From the NCBI RefSeq assembly GCF_000142905.1, contig NW_013657621.1:15457-79456 (forward strand): 64,000 bases of DNA. The letters are read 5' to 3'. The stretch is from Thecamonas trahens ATCC 50062. Taxonomy: Eukaryota; Protista; Apusomonadida. The position numbers were made by a program, and so were the translations under genes. The notes under the pieces are model-generated. The model did no database searches. It was given only the letters and a program-made list of their open reading frames with translations, and had not been told where the DNA came from. Every line of letters begins with the position of its first letter. Positions within the stretch are counted from its first letter, which is position 1. Shown in pieces: positions 31,143 to 44,000 of this stretch.

Positions 31143-33259
31143 ATGGCGGCAACACATGAGGACAAAAGTCAGAGGTATGATGCGTTGCTCTTCGTACAAG
31201 GGGTATCCGAGCGGTTGCGGTCGTACGGTGTCTACCTCTCGCAGGAGGAGCTCGGACGTGCTCTCGACTCGGCGGGCCTCTCAACCGAATCGGCCGCAGC
31301 CGCCGCAGCCGCTGGTCGACAGATCGGCGGCAAAGACGGGCTCGATCTTCTGCAGGCGGTGGTTGCACCGCTCCGCACCTCGCTTGTAGACTCGCTTGGC
31401 TTGGAGGTCTCGGACGCATGTCTTGTTACTGCTGTTTTTGGTCGCCCTGACATGCCCGCTGTCGCGCGGGATGCTGCCCAAGGTCGCGTGGCGGCCCGTG
31501 ACGGCAACGTCTCGGTCGACGACTTTGCCGATGCCATGTACGAGCTGTTTGATGAGCATGGTGGCGATAAGCCGGGCGGCGATCGGTCGGGCGCAGGGAA
31601 GGCCCGGTTCCAGGACGCCGCCCGCCGCGTCATCGCCAACCGCCACAAGCCGCGGTCGACGACTTTGCCGATGCCATGTACGAGCTGTTTGATGAGCATG
31701 GTGGCGATAAGCCGGGCGGCGATCGGTCGGGCGCAGGGAAGGCCCGGTTCCAGGACGCCGCCCGCCGCGTCATCGCCAACCGCCACAAGCCGCAAGCATC
31801 GCTCGCCAACACGTCGGTCGACGACTTTGCCGATGCCATGTACGAGCTGTTTGATGAGCATGGCGGCGATAAGCCGGGCGCAGGAAAGGCCCGGTTCCAG
31901 GACGCCGCCCGCCGCGTCATCGCCAACCGCCACAAGCCGCAAGCATCGACGGCAACGTCTCGGTCGACGACTTTGCCGATGCCATGTACGAGCTGTTTGA
32001 TGAGCATGGTGGCGATAAGCCTCGCTCGCCAACACGTCGGTTGACGACTTTGCCGATGCCATGTACGCGCTGTTTGATGAGCATGGCGGCGATCGGTCGG
32101 GCGCAGGAAAGGCCCGGTTCCAGGATGCCGCCCGCCGCGTCATCGCCAACCGCCACAAGCCACAGGACACATCGGTCGACGACTTTGTGGACAGCTGTCT
32201 GCCCCGCCGCAGTCACAAGCGCCACCGTCAATCGCGCGATCGCCAACATTGTCACCCTCATCGTCGTCGTCGTCGCTCTCGCACATATCCTCAGGCGAGG
32301 TCACCCACTCCCATGTTCCCCGACTGTCCCGTCCGCTTCAGCGCCTCGTCGCCTTCCTCGTCGACGCTCTGCACCTTGATGACGAGCCAGCGTTCTCGCC
32401 CCTCATCCGCCCGGTCTCCGAGCTCCGTGATCTGGCCGACTTTGCTACCGCCCCTGCATCGTTCTCTCTCGCTGCTGTTGCCGTCCTTGGCGTCGATCTC
32501 GGCCGTGCGCTCCCGCGCAACCTCTCCAAACCGGCTCTGGTCGTCGATGCGCTCTTTGCCTATCGCAGCAAGTCTGAGGAGAGTGACAAGGAGCTGCCTG
32601 CTTCCGCAGATCCTGATTTTGCTTCTGCCTCGCGCATCTCGCTCTCTCCCCAGCAGCCCGCATCGCCGGACATGTCGGTTCTATCGGACGCCAACCTCTC
32701 GCTCGCTCGTGAGCTCATCGTCGCCCAGCACGAGTACGCTGCCACCGTCTCGCTGCGCCAGGCCGAGGCTGAGCGCGCCTATCGTCTGCGTCGCGAGCAG
32801 AATGACCTCAACTACCGCATCGCCCAGTTCCGCGCAGCAACTGCCTCGCTTGCTTCCTCGCCGCAGCCTGGCCTCCCGCTCTCGCTTTCGCCCATCGCCC
32901 CGCCGGTCTCGATCGCCTCGGCTTCACCGGCTCCGTTCTACGTTGCCCCGTCTACGTCGCCTCCGGCATCCCCTGCTTCCGGCCCAGCCCCTCCTCCTGC
33001 TGCGCGCTCATCTCCGCCAGCTGACACATCAGCTGACACTCGGGTCCCGTGCTCACCCTCGCCCCAGAAGGTGTCCACCGCAGCCATCCGCCCGTCGCCG
33101 CCGCCATCCGACTCGGAGCTGCGCATGGCAACGTACCTCGGCGATCGTGAGCTGCGCATGCAGCGAAACCTTGCTCTCATGACCGGAAGCGGGAGCCCAA
33201 GCCTATCGCTCAACTCCACCACACCCGGCTCGTTCCTTCCCCACCTTGCCCGCCGTTGA
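31143..33259 (+). CDS. Hypothetical protein with ~5-6 tandem EF-hand-like/basic-helix repeats and a coiled-coil, Pro-rich C-terminus; several frame breaks
   Basis: ATG 31143; unit SVDDFADAMYELFDEHGGDKPGGDRSGAGKARFQDAARRVIANRHKPQ occurs in changing frames; a -1 shift at the C4 run 32202-32205 leads into ORF 32249..33259. Confidence 0.6.
31500..32190 (+). repeat. Imperfect tandem repeat of ~75-160-nt units with chimeric junctions
   Basis: (t)cggtcgacgactttgccgatgccatgtacgagctgtttgatgagcatgg recurs near 31512, 31653, 31814, 31960 and 32037, with a partial copy at 32172. Confidence 0.93.
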
Positions 33260-33428
33260 GGCAGCCGCGTCCCGGTGGAGTGCGCTCCGCTGCACTTTGC
33301 AGTTTTGCAAAAATTGTGCGACTCGGGCACACCCGCAAGGCACACATAAAACGCCGATAGCTTCTCCTTCCACTCAACTGTCGCAGACACACACAGTCCT
33401 CCCTTTTGTCTCGCCACTCATCACCGCC

Positions 33429-33869
33429 ATGCCTGTTGATCCCCGTTCCCGTGACGCCCTTGAGTGCTCCAGCGAGCGCGAGTGGCGCTCCCGCGTCCGT
33501 TGCGCAGCCGCCAAGCGCCGGCGGAAGATGGCACGCACTGCACAGAAGGAGGGTATGACTGCCCTTCGCCCCTCCCCCAAGGCTGCCCGCAAGTCGGCTG
33601 ACACGGTGTTCGGCCATGCTGCCGCTGTCCCGGAGCCGCCGACCAGCCTACGCGCCCCGCCGTCCGTCTCCGCCCCGCCATCTGTCCTCGGCCGCTCCGC
33701 GCACACCTGCAGCGGTCCCGACGACGCAGATGCTGTCCGTCGTGCCTTGGCCAAGATTCAACACTGTTTCCGCGGCGAGCGCAGTGGAGCCCGTCACCAT
33801 CGGGGCTCTCGCTACGCCGCCTGCTCGGACGTCACGCCCTTCTTCCCAGACACCACCACCCACCTCTAA
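33429..33869 (+). CDS. Small basic hypothetical protein (paralog of the 34058 gene)
   Basis: Good start context (gccATG); N-terminus MPVDPRSRDALECSSEREWRSRV resembles the neighbouring ORF. Confidence 0.6.
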   Translation: MPVDPRSRDALECSSEREWRSRVRCAAAKRRRKMARTAQKEGMTALRPSPKAARKSADTVFGHAAAVPEPPTSLRAPPSVSAPPSVLGRSAHTCSGPDDADAVRRALAKIQHCFRGERSGARHHRGSRYAACSDVTPFFPDTTTHL

Positions 33870-33877
33870 ACGCCCCG

Positions 33878-33878
<1 letters not shown>

Positions 33879-33930
<52 letters not shown>
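33879..33930 (+). repeat. (CA)n microsatellite
   Basis: 10 nt after the stop at 33869. Confidence 0.96.
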
Positions 33931-33931
<1 letters not shown>

Positions 33932-34057
33932 GCTGATGCCCTCCCTCTTCTCGCATCTCGGCACCGCCTCGAGTGTGCCGTCGGTCGTGCTTCCGATTGT
34001 CCATAGTTTGCGCGATTGCACTGTCCTGCCGTCACACACACCTGACTCGCCGTCCCC

Positions 34058-34639
34058 ATGCCCATCGATCCGTCGTCACCGTACGCAAAGGCCTGCGACT
34101 CCCATGCAGCCTGGCGCACTCGGGTACACCAAGCCGAAACCCGTCGCCGCCGCACGCGCTACCGTCGCCTCGAGGCCCCTGCTGTCTCGCCATCGCCGCC
34201 GCCGCCGCCACCACCGCTTGTCACACATGCCACACCTAAGCCGACCCGGCGTGCCGCCATCGGCCGCTCGGCGCGCATCCGGCGGTCGCCGGCCAGCGAC
34301 GACATCGCCAGTTTTGATACCTCAGACGATGAGTACAGTACCAGCGATGATGAGAGCAACGTCCCTAGTTGTGAGTCTTCCAGCAGCAGCGACCTGCCGC
34401 TCTTGCCGCCCACTCCAGCGCGCACCGGCGTCGCTAGGGAGATCGACTCGTGGCGTGGCCTTGTTGTCGGGTACGCCTCCCTGATGGCCAAGTCCGGTAT
34501 GCAGACCTCCCGTCACCATGCTGCTGTGCAAGTAATGCTCGCTGAGTCATGCTTCATACAAGCATCCAGCGACTCTGCTGCTACTCCACCTCCCATGGCG
34601 CCCATCGGCTACGACGACTTCACCAGCGGGTTCTTTTGA
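34058..34639 (+). CDS. Small hypothetical protein (paralog of the 33429 gene)
   Basis: MPIDPSSPYAKACDSHAAWRTRV; acidic Ser-rich middle; ends GFF. Confidence 0.6.
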   Translation: MPIDPSSPYAKACDSHAAWRTRVHQAETRRRRTRYRRLEAPAVSPSPPPPPPPLVTHATPKPTRRAAIGRSARIRRSPASDDIASFDTSDDEYSTSDDESNVPSCESSSSSDLPLLPPTPARTGVAREIDSWRGLVVGYASLMAKSGMQTSRHHAAVQVMLAESCFIQASSDSAATPPPMAPIGYDDFTSGFF

Positions 34640-34647
34640 TGCACAAC

Positions 34648-34684
<37 letters not shown>

Positions 34685-34721
34685 ACGCACACGCACACGC
34701 ACACGCACACGCACACGCACA
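34648..34721 (+). repeat. (CA)n(GCACAC)n microsatellite
   Basis: 9 nt after the stop at 34639. Confidence 0.96.
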
Positions 34722-34831
34722 AGCATGCATTCATTCCTGATCGTGGAACAAACAAACCCTCTTTCAACTCAATTCAGTCGTACCCCTCTCAATACCGACA
34801 GAAACCGTCTTCGTACGCAGTCATTGCAGCA

Positions 34832-34908
34832 CCCCCCCCCCCCCCCCCCCCCCCTCCCCAACCCCTCAACCCTCAACCCCTCTCCCCTCTCCCCGACCCC
34901 TTCTCCCA
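34832..34908 (+). repeat. Poly-C/pyrimidine tract upstream of the giant ORF
   Basis: Run of more than 20 C followed by ccctc motifs. Confidence 0.85.
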
Positions 34909-35066
34909 CCTGTCGCATCCGCGTGGCAACACGCATCCCATTTTTTTGGGGGGCAACTGTGACGTCCTTGACGTCACACTCAGCACAGACTAAAACACGG
35001 CTTCCATTTTCTGGCCGTCATGCAGCAGCTCACACACACCTCTCTTGCTTCTCTTAAGACACCGGT

Positions 35067-38000
35067 ATGACCTTTGACGCCAAGCTTCTTCAAGCCCTTC
35101 TCGAGGGGTACACGGGGGACGACCATGATTTCGATGATGCCATCGATGTCTGCGACGAGCTGCTGGCTGACGCCGACGACGCCGACGAGTTGGACGACAA
35201 CTCGGCCCTTGCTACCATCGGTCGTAACAACCTCATTGCCAGCGCTTTGACCAACGACAGCCGCGATATTTTCCCCTTTGCTAAGGAGTGGAAGTCGCTG
35301 TTCTCGGAAGAGACCTCCCTGTCAGCCGACATTCTTCTGCTCGCCACCATCGCCGCGGCCACCCTGCCGCCCCAGGCGCTGGTCGACGGACTGCTCCGCA
35401 TGTTGGTCGGCGGCTCGTCGGTCCGGACCGCAGCCGTCTTTGACTTTGTTGCCGAAATCGTGGGCACTGTGGGGAACGGGCTCACACTTAGCTCCATTGT
35501 GACCAAAGCTGCCGAGCGCGGGCTCTCGTGGGACGTCTTCTACACCATCGCCGACGCCTTTGACGTCGCCTCGCGCCTCGCTGTGGCAGATCTGGTCCGT
35601 GAGGTGACGGCCAACGAGATCCATCTCCAGCTGCCTCACTCTTCCACACCGTTCTTCTCCCACTTTGCTACCCTCTTCGTCGACAACGACAACGATAACG
35701 ATGACGCCCTCGCCGGTCTCCTTGCTTTTGTCCGCGGCGAGATGCACGGCATCCGTCCTCTCATCTCGGCCATGCTTGAAGCTGCAGCGGCGCCGGACAC
35801 GGCCTTTGATCTCGTCGAGCAGGCCAACCTGAGTGGTTTTCCAGAGTCCGATCTCGTCAAAGCCCTCCACTACGCGCTCATTCTTGGCTTCTCTAACGTC
35901 CTCGGCACGGGCAAGACCGTCAACGACAACATTGCCCTCGCCCAGCATGTTGACTCCATCCGTCGCTTTGTGCCGGCCATCTCGCTTGCTCAGCTGGCCT
36001 CGGCCGCCACCGACATCGGCGACGACGCCGGGCGAACGCGTGCGGCCGACGCGGTAGTCGACACGCTCGTCAACGTGCTTGACCTTCTCACGGCAAAGGT
36101 GCGCGGGTCGTCCTTCAAGCTCGATGTCCGCAGCTCGCCGTGTGTTTCCATCTCCCCGCGACCTGGTGACGCGCCTGGCTTGGCGGTCCATCTCCCGCCG
36201 GTCGGCGTCTTCTCCATCCAGAAGCCGATCTTCAGGGGTTGCACCAGTCGGCTGGAGTGGAAGCCAGTCCAACCCAGCATCGGCTTTGGGCCTGATGCCT
36301 ACGATCATGGCGAGGACGCTCACGCCGTCGATCCTGTTCTCCAGTGCCTGACCATCTCTGAGCTGGTCTCCTCCGTCCACAACATCACCATCACGCTCCG
36401 GGTCCGCCCCCTCGACATCGAGGTCAACGTCAACTTCTACAAGGCCCACGGCATGGTCCTGCAGGTCATCCATGCACCGAAGGGCTTTGACGTCGTTGCT
36501 CCGACCCGGCTGGACGAGATGCGTGATGGGATCATGGCGTTTGTTGTCCCTCAGGCCGCGGCCGGCGGGCTGCGCGCGGGAGTGCCATCGCTCCCCAGCG
36601 CCCCGCTTGCCATCTCCAAGTTCAACTCGCCGATGGTGAGCGAGGTCAAGGAGCTTCTGGCTCGACTTGAGCCGGAGGATGGCCCAAAGAGCGGGGTCTT
36701 TAGCATCGATCCACACCTCAAGGCGCTCCTCGCGGTCTTTGACCACTACCCCAAGCCGGCCCGCCTGCACGAAATCGCGCCCAACAACATCGACGAGGTG
36801 TGCAAGCAGCTCCAGGCCCACGCGCCATCGATTGTCACCTACCGCCTCCTGCGGCTGTGTGGTCTCTCACGGAGCCACATCCAGCAGCTGGTCAACCTCG
36901 CTCCCAACCTGGCTACCAACCGCCTTGTCCTGCTGCCGGATCCGGATCTCCTGCCCATCATCCGCTCCGTCGCCCGCGTTAACAGCGCCATCGTCTTCGC
37001 CGCCTCGCTCCGCGATGACGCCACCTTTGAAATCGTCGCCTGCAAGCCAAACACCCCGCTTGGCGCTGCTCTCTCTTCTCCTCCGGACCCTGAGCTGCTT
37101 CAGCCGCGCCCGCCAAACGTCGTCTCAGTCTCGGCCGCCTTTGATCGCATCAGACTCGCCAGCAAGCTCGACCCCACCGAGCTGATCGACTCGTCAACAA
37201 GCGCAGGCAACTCTGTCGCCTGCCAAGCCATCACCAGGTCCATCATTCCGATCGTCATGCGTGGCAACTCGCCGCGTGACATCCTCGAGACATGCGCAAA
37301 GTCGAACGTCGACAAGACTCCCTTTGCTGCCATCGTTTCCACCTGGGACTCGTTGTCGGCCGACAAGCTCAACCTCGCAGCTGTGCTCGGCCTCGACAGC
37401 AACATCCGTGTCGTGTTTGTGCCCAATGCCGATCAGACCAAGCCGGCCACCGTGATGAGTCTCGCTGCTGCTGCTGCTAGCGATCGTCCCGGGAGAGAGC
37501 GACTCCGCGTTGTGGTCGTTCTCTGCTTTGCACACACGCCCGACGTCCAACTCCTTCACCCGCGCGTGGTTCTGCCGTCCGGCGCCGTGGTCCGAGTCAA
37601 GCTGGATCTGATGCGCGTCGCGCTTGCGCCCTCTGACGATCATTCCCATGCGCCAAAGTCAACCGAAGCGCTTGCCGCCAGCGCCATGATCGCGCTCTGC
37701 GGTCCTCACACCAACACTGATCTCTCGGCTCCGCACTCTGGCGTCAATCCGGCAGTCCACGCTGCGGTCATGGCGGAGTTTTATGCCGCCGACGTTGCAG
37801 CCTCGTCGTCGCAGGCCTCAGTCGAGGTGGACGCCTCGGACGAGCCTGGCGTTGGCCGGGCCCGCCAGATCGCTCGTCTCGTCAAGACCATCGTCGCCTG
37901 CGGCGCGGACAACAAGGTCATAGTCCCATCGTTTGCGGACTTTACCGTCGCCAACCCGCACTTGGCCACGCTGCCAGCCGCAACGCGCGTGGGAATGTGG

Positions 38001-41000
38001 CTCCGACAAACGGCTGATGCGGTGCGGGCCCACATCTCCGACCGCGACATCTCTAACGCCGTCGCCGATCTGGTCAACGTCGTATCATCGACCAACGTCC
38101 TTGAGCTTGCCTCGGCCATTGGCATGGCCACCGGCGACGCGCCGGGCTACTTTGGCGTCTTTGGCACCTCGCAGAAGATTGCCAGTCTGAGCGAGCTCCA
38201 CCTCCGCGGCGGCAACCTCGACTACGTCAGCATCACCAACGCCATCGCCGATGGCGCAGTCGCTTCGGCGCGCGCTTTGGCAGACGTTGCCGCTCACTCA
38301 CCGAGCCCGCTTCACATCCTTCTCATGGTCCCACCGCAACGCCTTGCCCGTATCCTCTCCGCGGCCACGGCCGATGGCCACAGCACCATCCTTGACATGA
38401 TTGCCGATCTCGGCCTTGCCTCGGGTCTTCGTACCACTGCTCTCGGCCCCTCCTCTCACCCAATCATCCCGCGCAGCTCTCGGCGGCGCTCCTTGCGTGG
38501 GCGGCAACAATCTGGCTCGAAGACGAGCTCGAGCTCACTGCGGCCACCATCAGCACCATCGTCGACCCGATCATTGCTGCCGGCATTTCTCTCTTCTTCC
38601 CGAGCAGGGAAAAGGCTGACGAGAGCCACTACTACAGCCTCCTCGTCCGCCACCTGGTCGCCACCGGCATTGAGCTGCCGGGACAGCTGCAGCAGATCGT
38701 CATGACCGAGACCCTCGACTCGATGCATCTAGGCGCCGAGGAGAAGGTGATCATCGGCCAGAGCTTTGTAAGCCTCTGCCTCTCTGTGCCGGACAGCCAA
38801 GCCTTCCCGCTACGCCGGGATCTCATGGGCTCATTCGCCGAGTACAACGAGCGCTCTGCCTCAGAGGCCGGCGCCATCATAGACAAGTATCGCCTCGTGG
38901 TGACGAGCGAGGCCACCGTGGCCTTGCTTATGTTGCGGCGCGACGACGACGCGGCCAGCTTCTACTGTTTTGTCCAACATCCTGCTCTTCTCGCGCGGAT
39001 GGGCGCGGGAGACGCGCTGCGGACGGTCGTCGCCCCGCTCGTCACTGCCGAGCCGACAAGCGCGTTCCGGCTCGTCCTCGCCCTCATGCACAACATCGAG
39101 GTCATGAGGCAACTCAAGAGCGAAGCCGACAATGCCAGCAGCTGCTGGGCCGCAGACATCATCGATGCGGTTGACCGGCTCCGGATGGCGTCAGAGTGCG
39201 GCTTCCTCCTGCCGCCAGCCAGTGACCTTATGGCCCTTGCGCGGAAAGTGGCTGCCGATCCAACCACCGTCATGACCACCGCCGTCGACGAAGGCAGGGC
39301 ACTGTTTGAGGTCCTCGCGTTCAAGTTTGCGATCTCGGATGAGCTGATGGACAGCGATGGCGAGCAAGTGGACAAGGACATTCTCGACACCGCCAAGTCG
39401 TTCCACAAGCTTCTGCACCCGGATCTGTGGGCATTTGCGCAGGCACAGTACATCGGCCATGAGTTCCGGCTACTCCATGCCATGGCATGGGCGATGAAGC
39501 TTGACGAGGTGGACGAGCCGCGGATGCCAACCGCGCCCGACGATCTGATACTGCGCCGGTTCTGGGCCTTGGCAGACAAGCTGCCTGAGGTGCGCGCTGC
39601 GCTCAACACCGCCACCACTCGCGACTTGCTCTTGACACCAGTGCCGGCCACCAAGTACCTTCTGGCCGGCCATCATGCCGTCCTCAGCGCCGGCGAAGTC
39701 AACGCGCGAGTTGCGTCCGGCCCGATCTCCGCAGACGGTTCCAGCCTCGTGTCGCGGATCGAGACCGAGTGGATGACGCTGCCCGGGAGGAGCAACAGGC
39801 ACGACCGGGACAGGTTGTGCTTCGGCCTGCCAAAGACAACGGCGGCACCCGCAGATGAGGTGATCCGTACCCATCGTCAACAGCTTCTCTCCAGCGCGGC
39901 GGCCGGCCTCGTGCTCGATGGCGCCTGGAACGGCTTTGATCTTGGCTCGGGCGTGTCGGCGTTGTCGGTCGCTACCAACCTGGTGTTCCTTGCCAGGGCG
40001 CTGGGCGCAAAGTACGAGACGTATCCATTCATGTCAGGCGAGGAATCGGAGAAGATGGTCATGATCTCCAAGCCCGCAGCACTGCTTGAACCGGAGATGC
40101 TCGGTAATCTGGAGGTCCTGGTCACGATTGGCTCTGATCCGGAGGAGATGCTGGCGACGATCGTCGATGAGCTGTCGAGCACCAACCTGGTGGTCGACGC
40201 CGAGCTGTCCAAGCTGAAGCACGCCACTGATATCAAGGCACTGCTGACCGAGGACGAGCGGAAGAGTGGCTTTTTTGCTACTCTCAAGCGCTTGTGGAAC
40301 AGTATGAGTTCAAAGGCGGCGAGGGCTGCAGCGGCGAAGGTGGAGGCGGCGCGGACGACCGCAGACGGCATCGCGGCCTCGCTGACACAGTGGTACTCCA
40401 AGGCGGTGTGTGACATGTACTACGCACTGCTCGTCATGGAATGGTTCCACAACACCGGCTTTGATCTTGGCGCTGTCGTTGCAGCGGTCTCCGAGCATGT
40501 CATGGGCGACGGCGACGGCGACGTCAACGATGCAGTGCGCGCCATTGGGCACGGCGCCAGCATGTGGGCCAAGCACTTTGGGTCAAAACCGTCACACACG
40601 GCGGCCGAGACCATCTGCGCCGCCGAGGCAAGGGACTGGCTCCCGATTGTGGTCAACCACGGGACGGCGCCGACCAGTGGCCATGCGGGGCTCTTTGAGT
40701 CCTCACCGGCATCGGTGGCGTGGACAGCGCGCGTCCTCCTTGGTCCGGCGGCGATGACCTTTGGCGCCATGCGCGAAGACGACATCATGGCCTACAACCA
40801 GCGCACCTGGTTCTCGCGGGCAGCCAATCACGCCGCGGTAGCCATTGCTGCGCTTGGCGACGACGACACGGCCGTGCTGGAGCTTGTGACGGGGATTTAC
40901 GCAAGCGTTCAGCTCATGAACAGCGACGCACACACGCTGGCGTACGGCCGGATGTTGGCTGATGCAGTTCTCGCGCAGGCCTCCGCGAGCGCGCCCCTGC

Positions 41001-44000
41001 TGCGCACCGCGCTCCGCAACTTCCCGCCCCCGATCCGGCGCAAGATGGATGAGGTCTTTGCCAAGGCGGGCGTGCCGTCGGTGACTTGGTCTCCTTCGCG
41101 CCATGCGCCATTCTGGCCATCTAAGCCGCTCAGCAAGGCGCTGTCCGAGATTGAGCCGCCGGCCGACGCCGCAGCGAGCGGCACGGCGGCGGGCTGCGAT
41201 GAGGACGCAACCGCCAGCAAGGAGGATACGGAGTCAATGACGGACAAGGCATGGCAGCTGAATCAAGTCACGGTGCTTTCGAAGCCGGCGCGCCGCCGGC
41301 GCGTCCAGCATAGTCTCCGCGCCGGCATTGCGTCGAGCGGATGGAGTGCAGGCGGGCGGGTGGACGCGCGGGCGGCGTCTGCGGGATCGGTCACCAAGGC
41401 GCAGCTGCGGTTGGGCCAGTTCTCTACAATCGACGTGTCGGCAATGGTACAGGTAACGTCGACGCACGGGATCGTGTCGGTGGTGTCTGTCCGGCCGCTG
41501 GCCGAGGTGGTCGCGTTGTACGACATGCGCCACTCGTCGCCAGTCCTGCATCTGATGGAGGCCAGTGCGATGGCAGGGGACGATCCGCACCTTCGGGTGG
41601 TGCGGCAGTTTGGTTCGTCGGAGGAGGCGTGGCGAGTGCTGCTTGCAGTGCCCATCGGGACGCGGCTGGTGGCATCGGGCTTTGTCCTCACGCGCATCGC
41701 AATCTCGTCGAGCTGCGCCATCGACTCGCCGTGGCAGCTCTCGGTGCTGAGCCCGGATCCGGCGCCGCGGTCGTTCGCCGACGTACTCGCTGCACATCAT
41801 GCCGGCGTGCTCCCCAGCCAGCTTCCGACCGAGGTCGTCAAGGTACTGGACATGCTGGCGAAAGCGATGGTGGCCAAGTACTGTGTGGACATCGCAGAAC
41901 CGGCGGGTGCCCAGGCGCTCGCTCAGGCGCTCGCCCAGGCGCTGGCCGCCGTGCCGGACCAGTTTGCGGACGATGTGACGGCGATGCGCGAGGTGTGCAG
42001 TGCCTCGAAGATCGACAACGTGCTTTCAACGCTGCCACGACACCTGCGGGCCGCAGCTAGTGCTGTGCGGTTCTGTAGCCAGAGCAAGCGGATGCTCGTG
42101 GCGCTCTTCGAGGCGAGGCCGCAGCTGTCGGGTTACTGGGACACCGATCTCGCGCCATCGTGCAGCTACGCCAACGGGTACTGCATCCACGCGCCGTCGG
42201 CGCACACGACCCGGTTTGAGGCGTGGCAGGCGGAGACCGAAGTTTATCCGCGGCCAACGGGCTGGACGGTCTGCGACGTGACGACACTCGAAGCGGTGCC
42301 GTTGGAGTGGATTGGAGTCTCGGCCAAAGCGCACGGACGGGAAGAGGTGGCCAAGCTCGGGCTGGATCTGGAAGACGGATCGCAGATGGCAAACCAGATT
42401 GTGATTGGCTTTGTGACGGATCAAAAGGTGGTGGAGCAGCTGGTGCACGGCGGACATCCCGATAAGCCGCTTGTGGAGCGGATGGCTGCGGCGCGCAAGT
42501 GGCTCAGCCTCACGCTGGCGGCACCCATTCCGGCCAGCCTCAAGCAATGGTTGCTGGACATTGCACGGCAGGACGTGAGCCCTGTTTGGCCAAACGAGAT
42601 CAACGGCATCACCAAGGTGCTTGCCACTGGCCTGGCGCTGTTGCTGCGCGACAAGGTGTGCGCCGAGGCGGGAAGCGTGGCGTGCAACAACATGCTCCTC
42701 GACGCACAGGCGAGCGAGGAGAGCGCGCTGACGGCGATGACGCAGCGGACGGCTGGCTACGGAGTGCTCCTCTGCAGGCCCGACGACCTGACGAAGGTGC
42801 GGAAGGCCAAGGTGCCGATCGGGCGGGTGCTTGATCTGAGTGGCGGCGGGATGGACGGCCACGAGATGTACACGTTGATCATGGACGCGCTGGCGGAGCG
42901 GCCGTTTGTGTACGTCAAGGGCTTCAACCCAACCGACGACAAGTACGTCAAGCTGGTGTGCGAGCACACGCATGACGCGCCGTGGACATACGTCTACATC
43001 GAGATGGATGCCGGGCAGCTGTTCCGTGCCGCCGACTCGGATCGGTTCACCCTGCTCTCGGAGCCGGCGCACCAGAGCGCGTCCGACCAGTCGCTGGGGC
43101 AGTCAACCAAGGTGATGGTGGAGACAGAGCGGCGATCGCTTGCTAACGATGGCGAGCTTTGGGCGATTGCGGAACCAGCGCTGAGTCCCAATCTTGTGAC
43201 GGAGCGCGACGCAGAGTGGAAGGTGCGGCTGACGAACGCATGCACGCGGGGAGTGACGGTCATCGTGTTGTGCTCGGACCCGGGGACGGGCAAGACGACG
43301 ATGGTCGAGATCATGTCTTCAAAACTGCTCAAGGACGGTGGCATCGTCGTTCGCATCGACTGCTCCTCGGTGGAGCTGGAGCGGTCGACGGTGGTGGCTG
43401 CGGTGGAGGCGGTGGTACCCATCGACGGGAAGGTGCGGACGGTGCTTGTGGCCGACGAGTTTGATCGGCTTGACCGGTCGCAGAAGGACGCGCTCTTTGC
43501 CTGGGCCCTTCCCAAGCGGGCATGGCTCCAGGTTGTCTGCCTCGCTAACCGCAAGCACTCGTGCGATGTCGAGCTGCTCGACGCGGCTGTCCTCCACACG
43601 CCTTCGCTGGAGTACGAGACCATCTGGGCTCGGCTCAACATCGACGAGATGGTGGAACTGATGCCCCAGCTGTGCAGCGGCATCAAGGGCTGCCGCCTCG
43701 GAAATGACGTGCGGCGCAAGCTGAAGGAGTGCGCCGTTGCGATGCGGCTGCTGTTCGGCGAGTCTGTCCTCTCGCTGCGGCACGTCAAGTCGCTGGTGGA
43801 AGCGATCTCGGCCGAGACGCCGGGCCCGCTTGCCTCGTGGCTGCTGGGGCGCGCGTGGCACATCGGCGACAAGATGGCGCACGCGTTTGCAGAGACCTTT
43901 GTCAAGAGCTACAAGGGCACACCGACGGGCGGATCGCCGTTGGGGCTGGTGGCGGCGGCGGCGGTGAGGGCGGCGCAGTGGGGCGTGGTTGGCGTGGAGG

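Noticed and set aside
30584-31165. Pro-rich N-terminal extension of the M28 peptidase
   Set aside because: Reads through a triplet microsatellite and an N-gap; a good signal peptide begins at 30583.
31500-32190. Repeat-spacer-like pattern
   Set aside because: Intervening segments are pieces of the same coding unit, not unique spacers.
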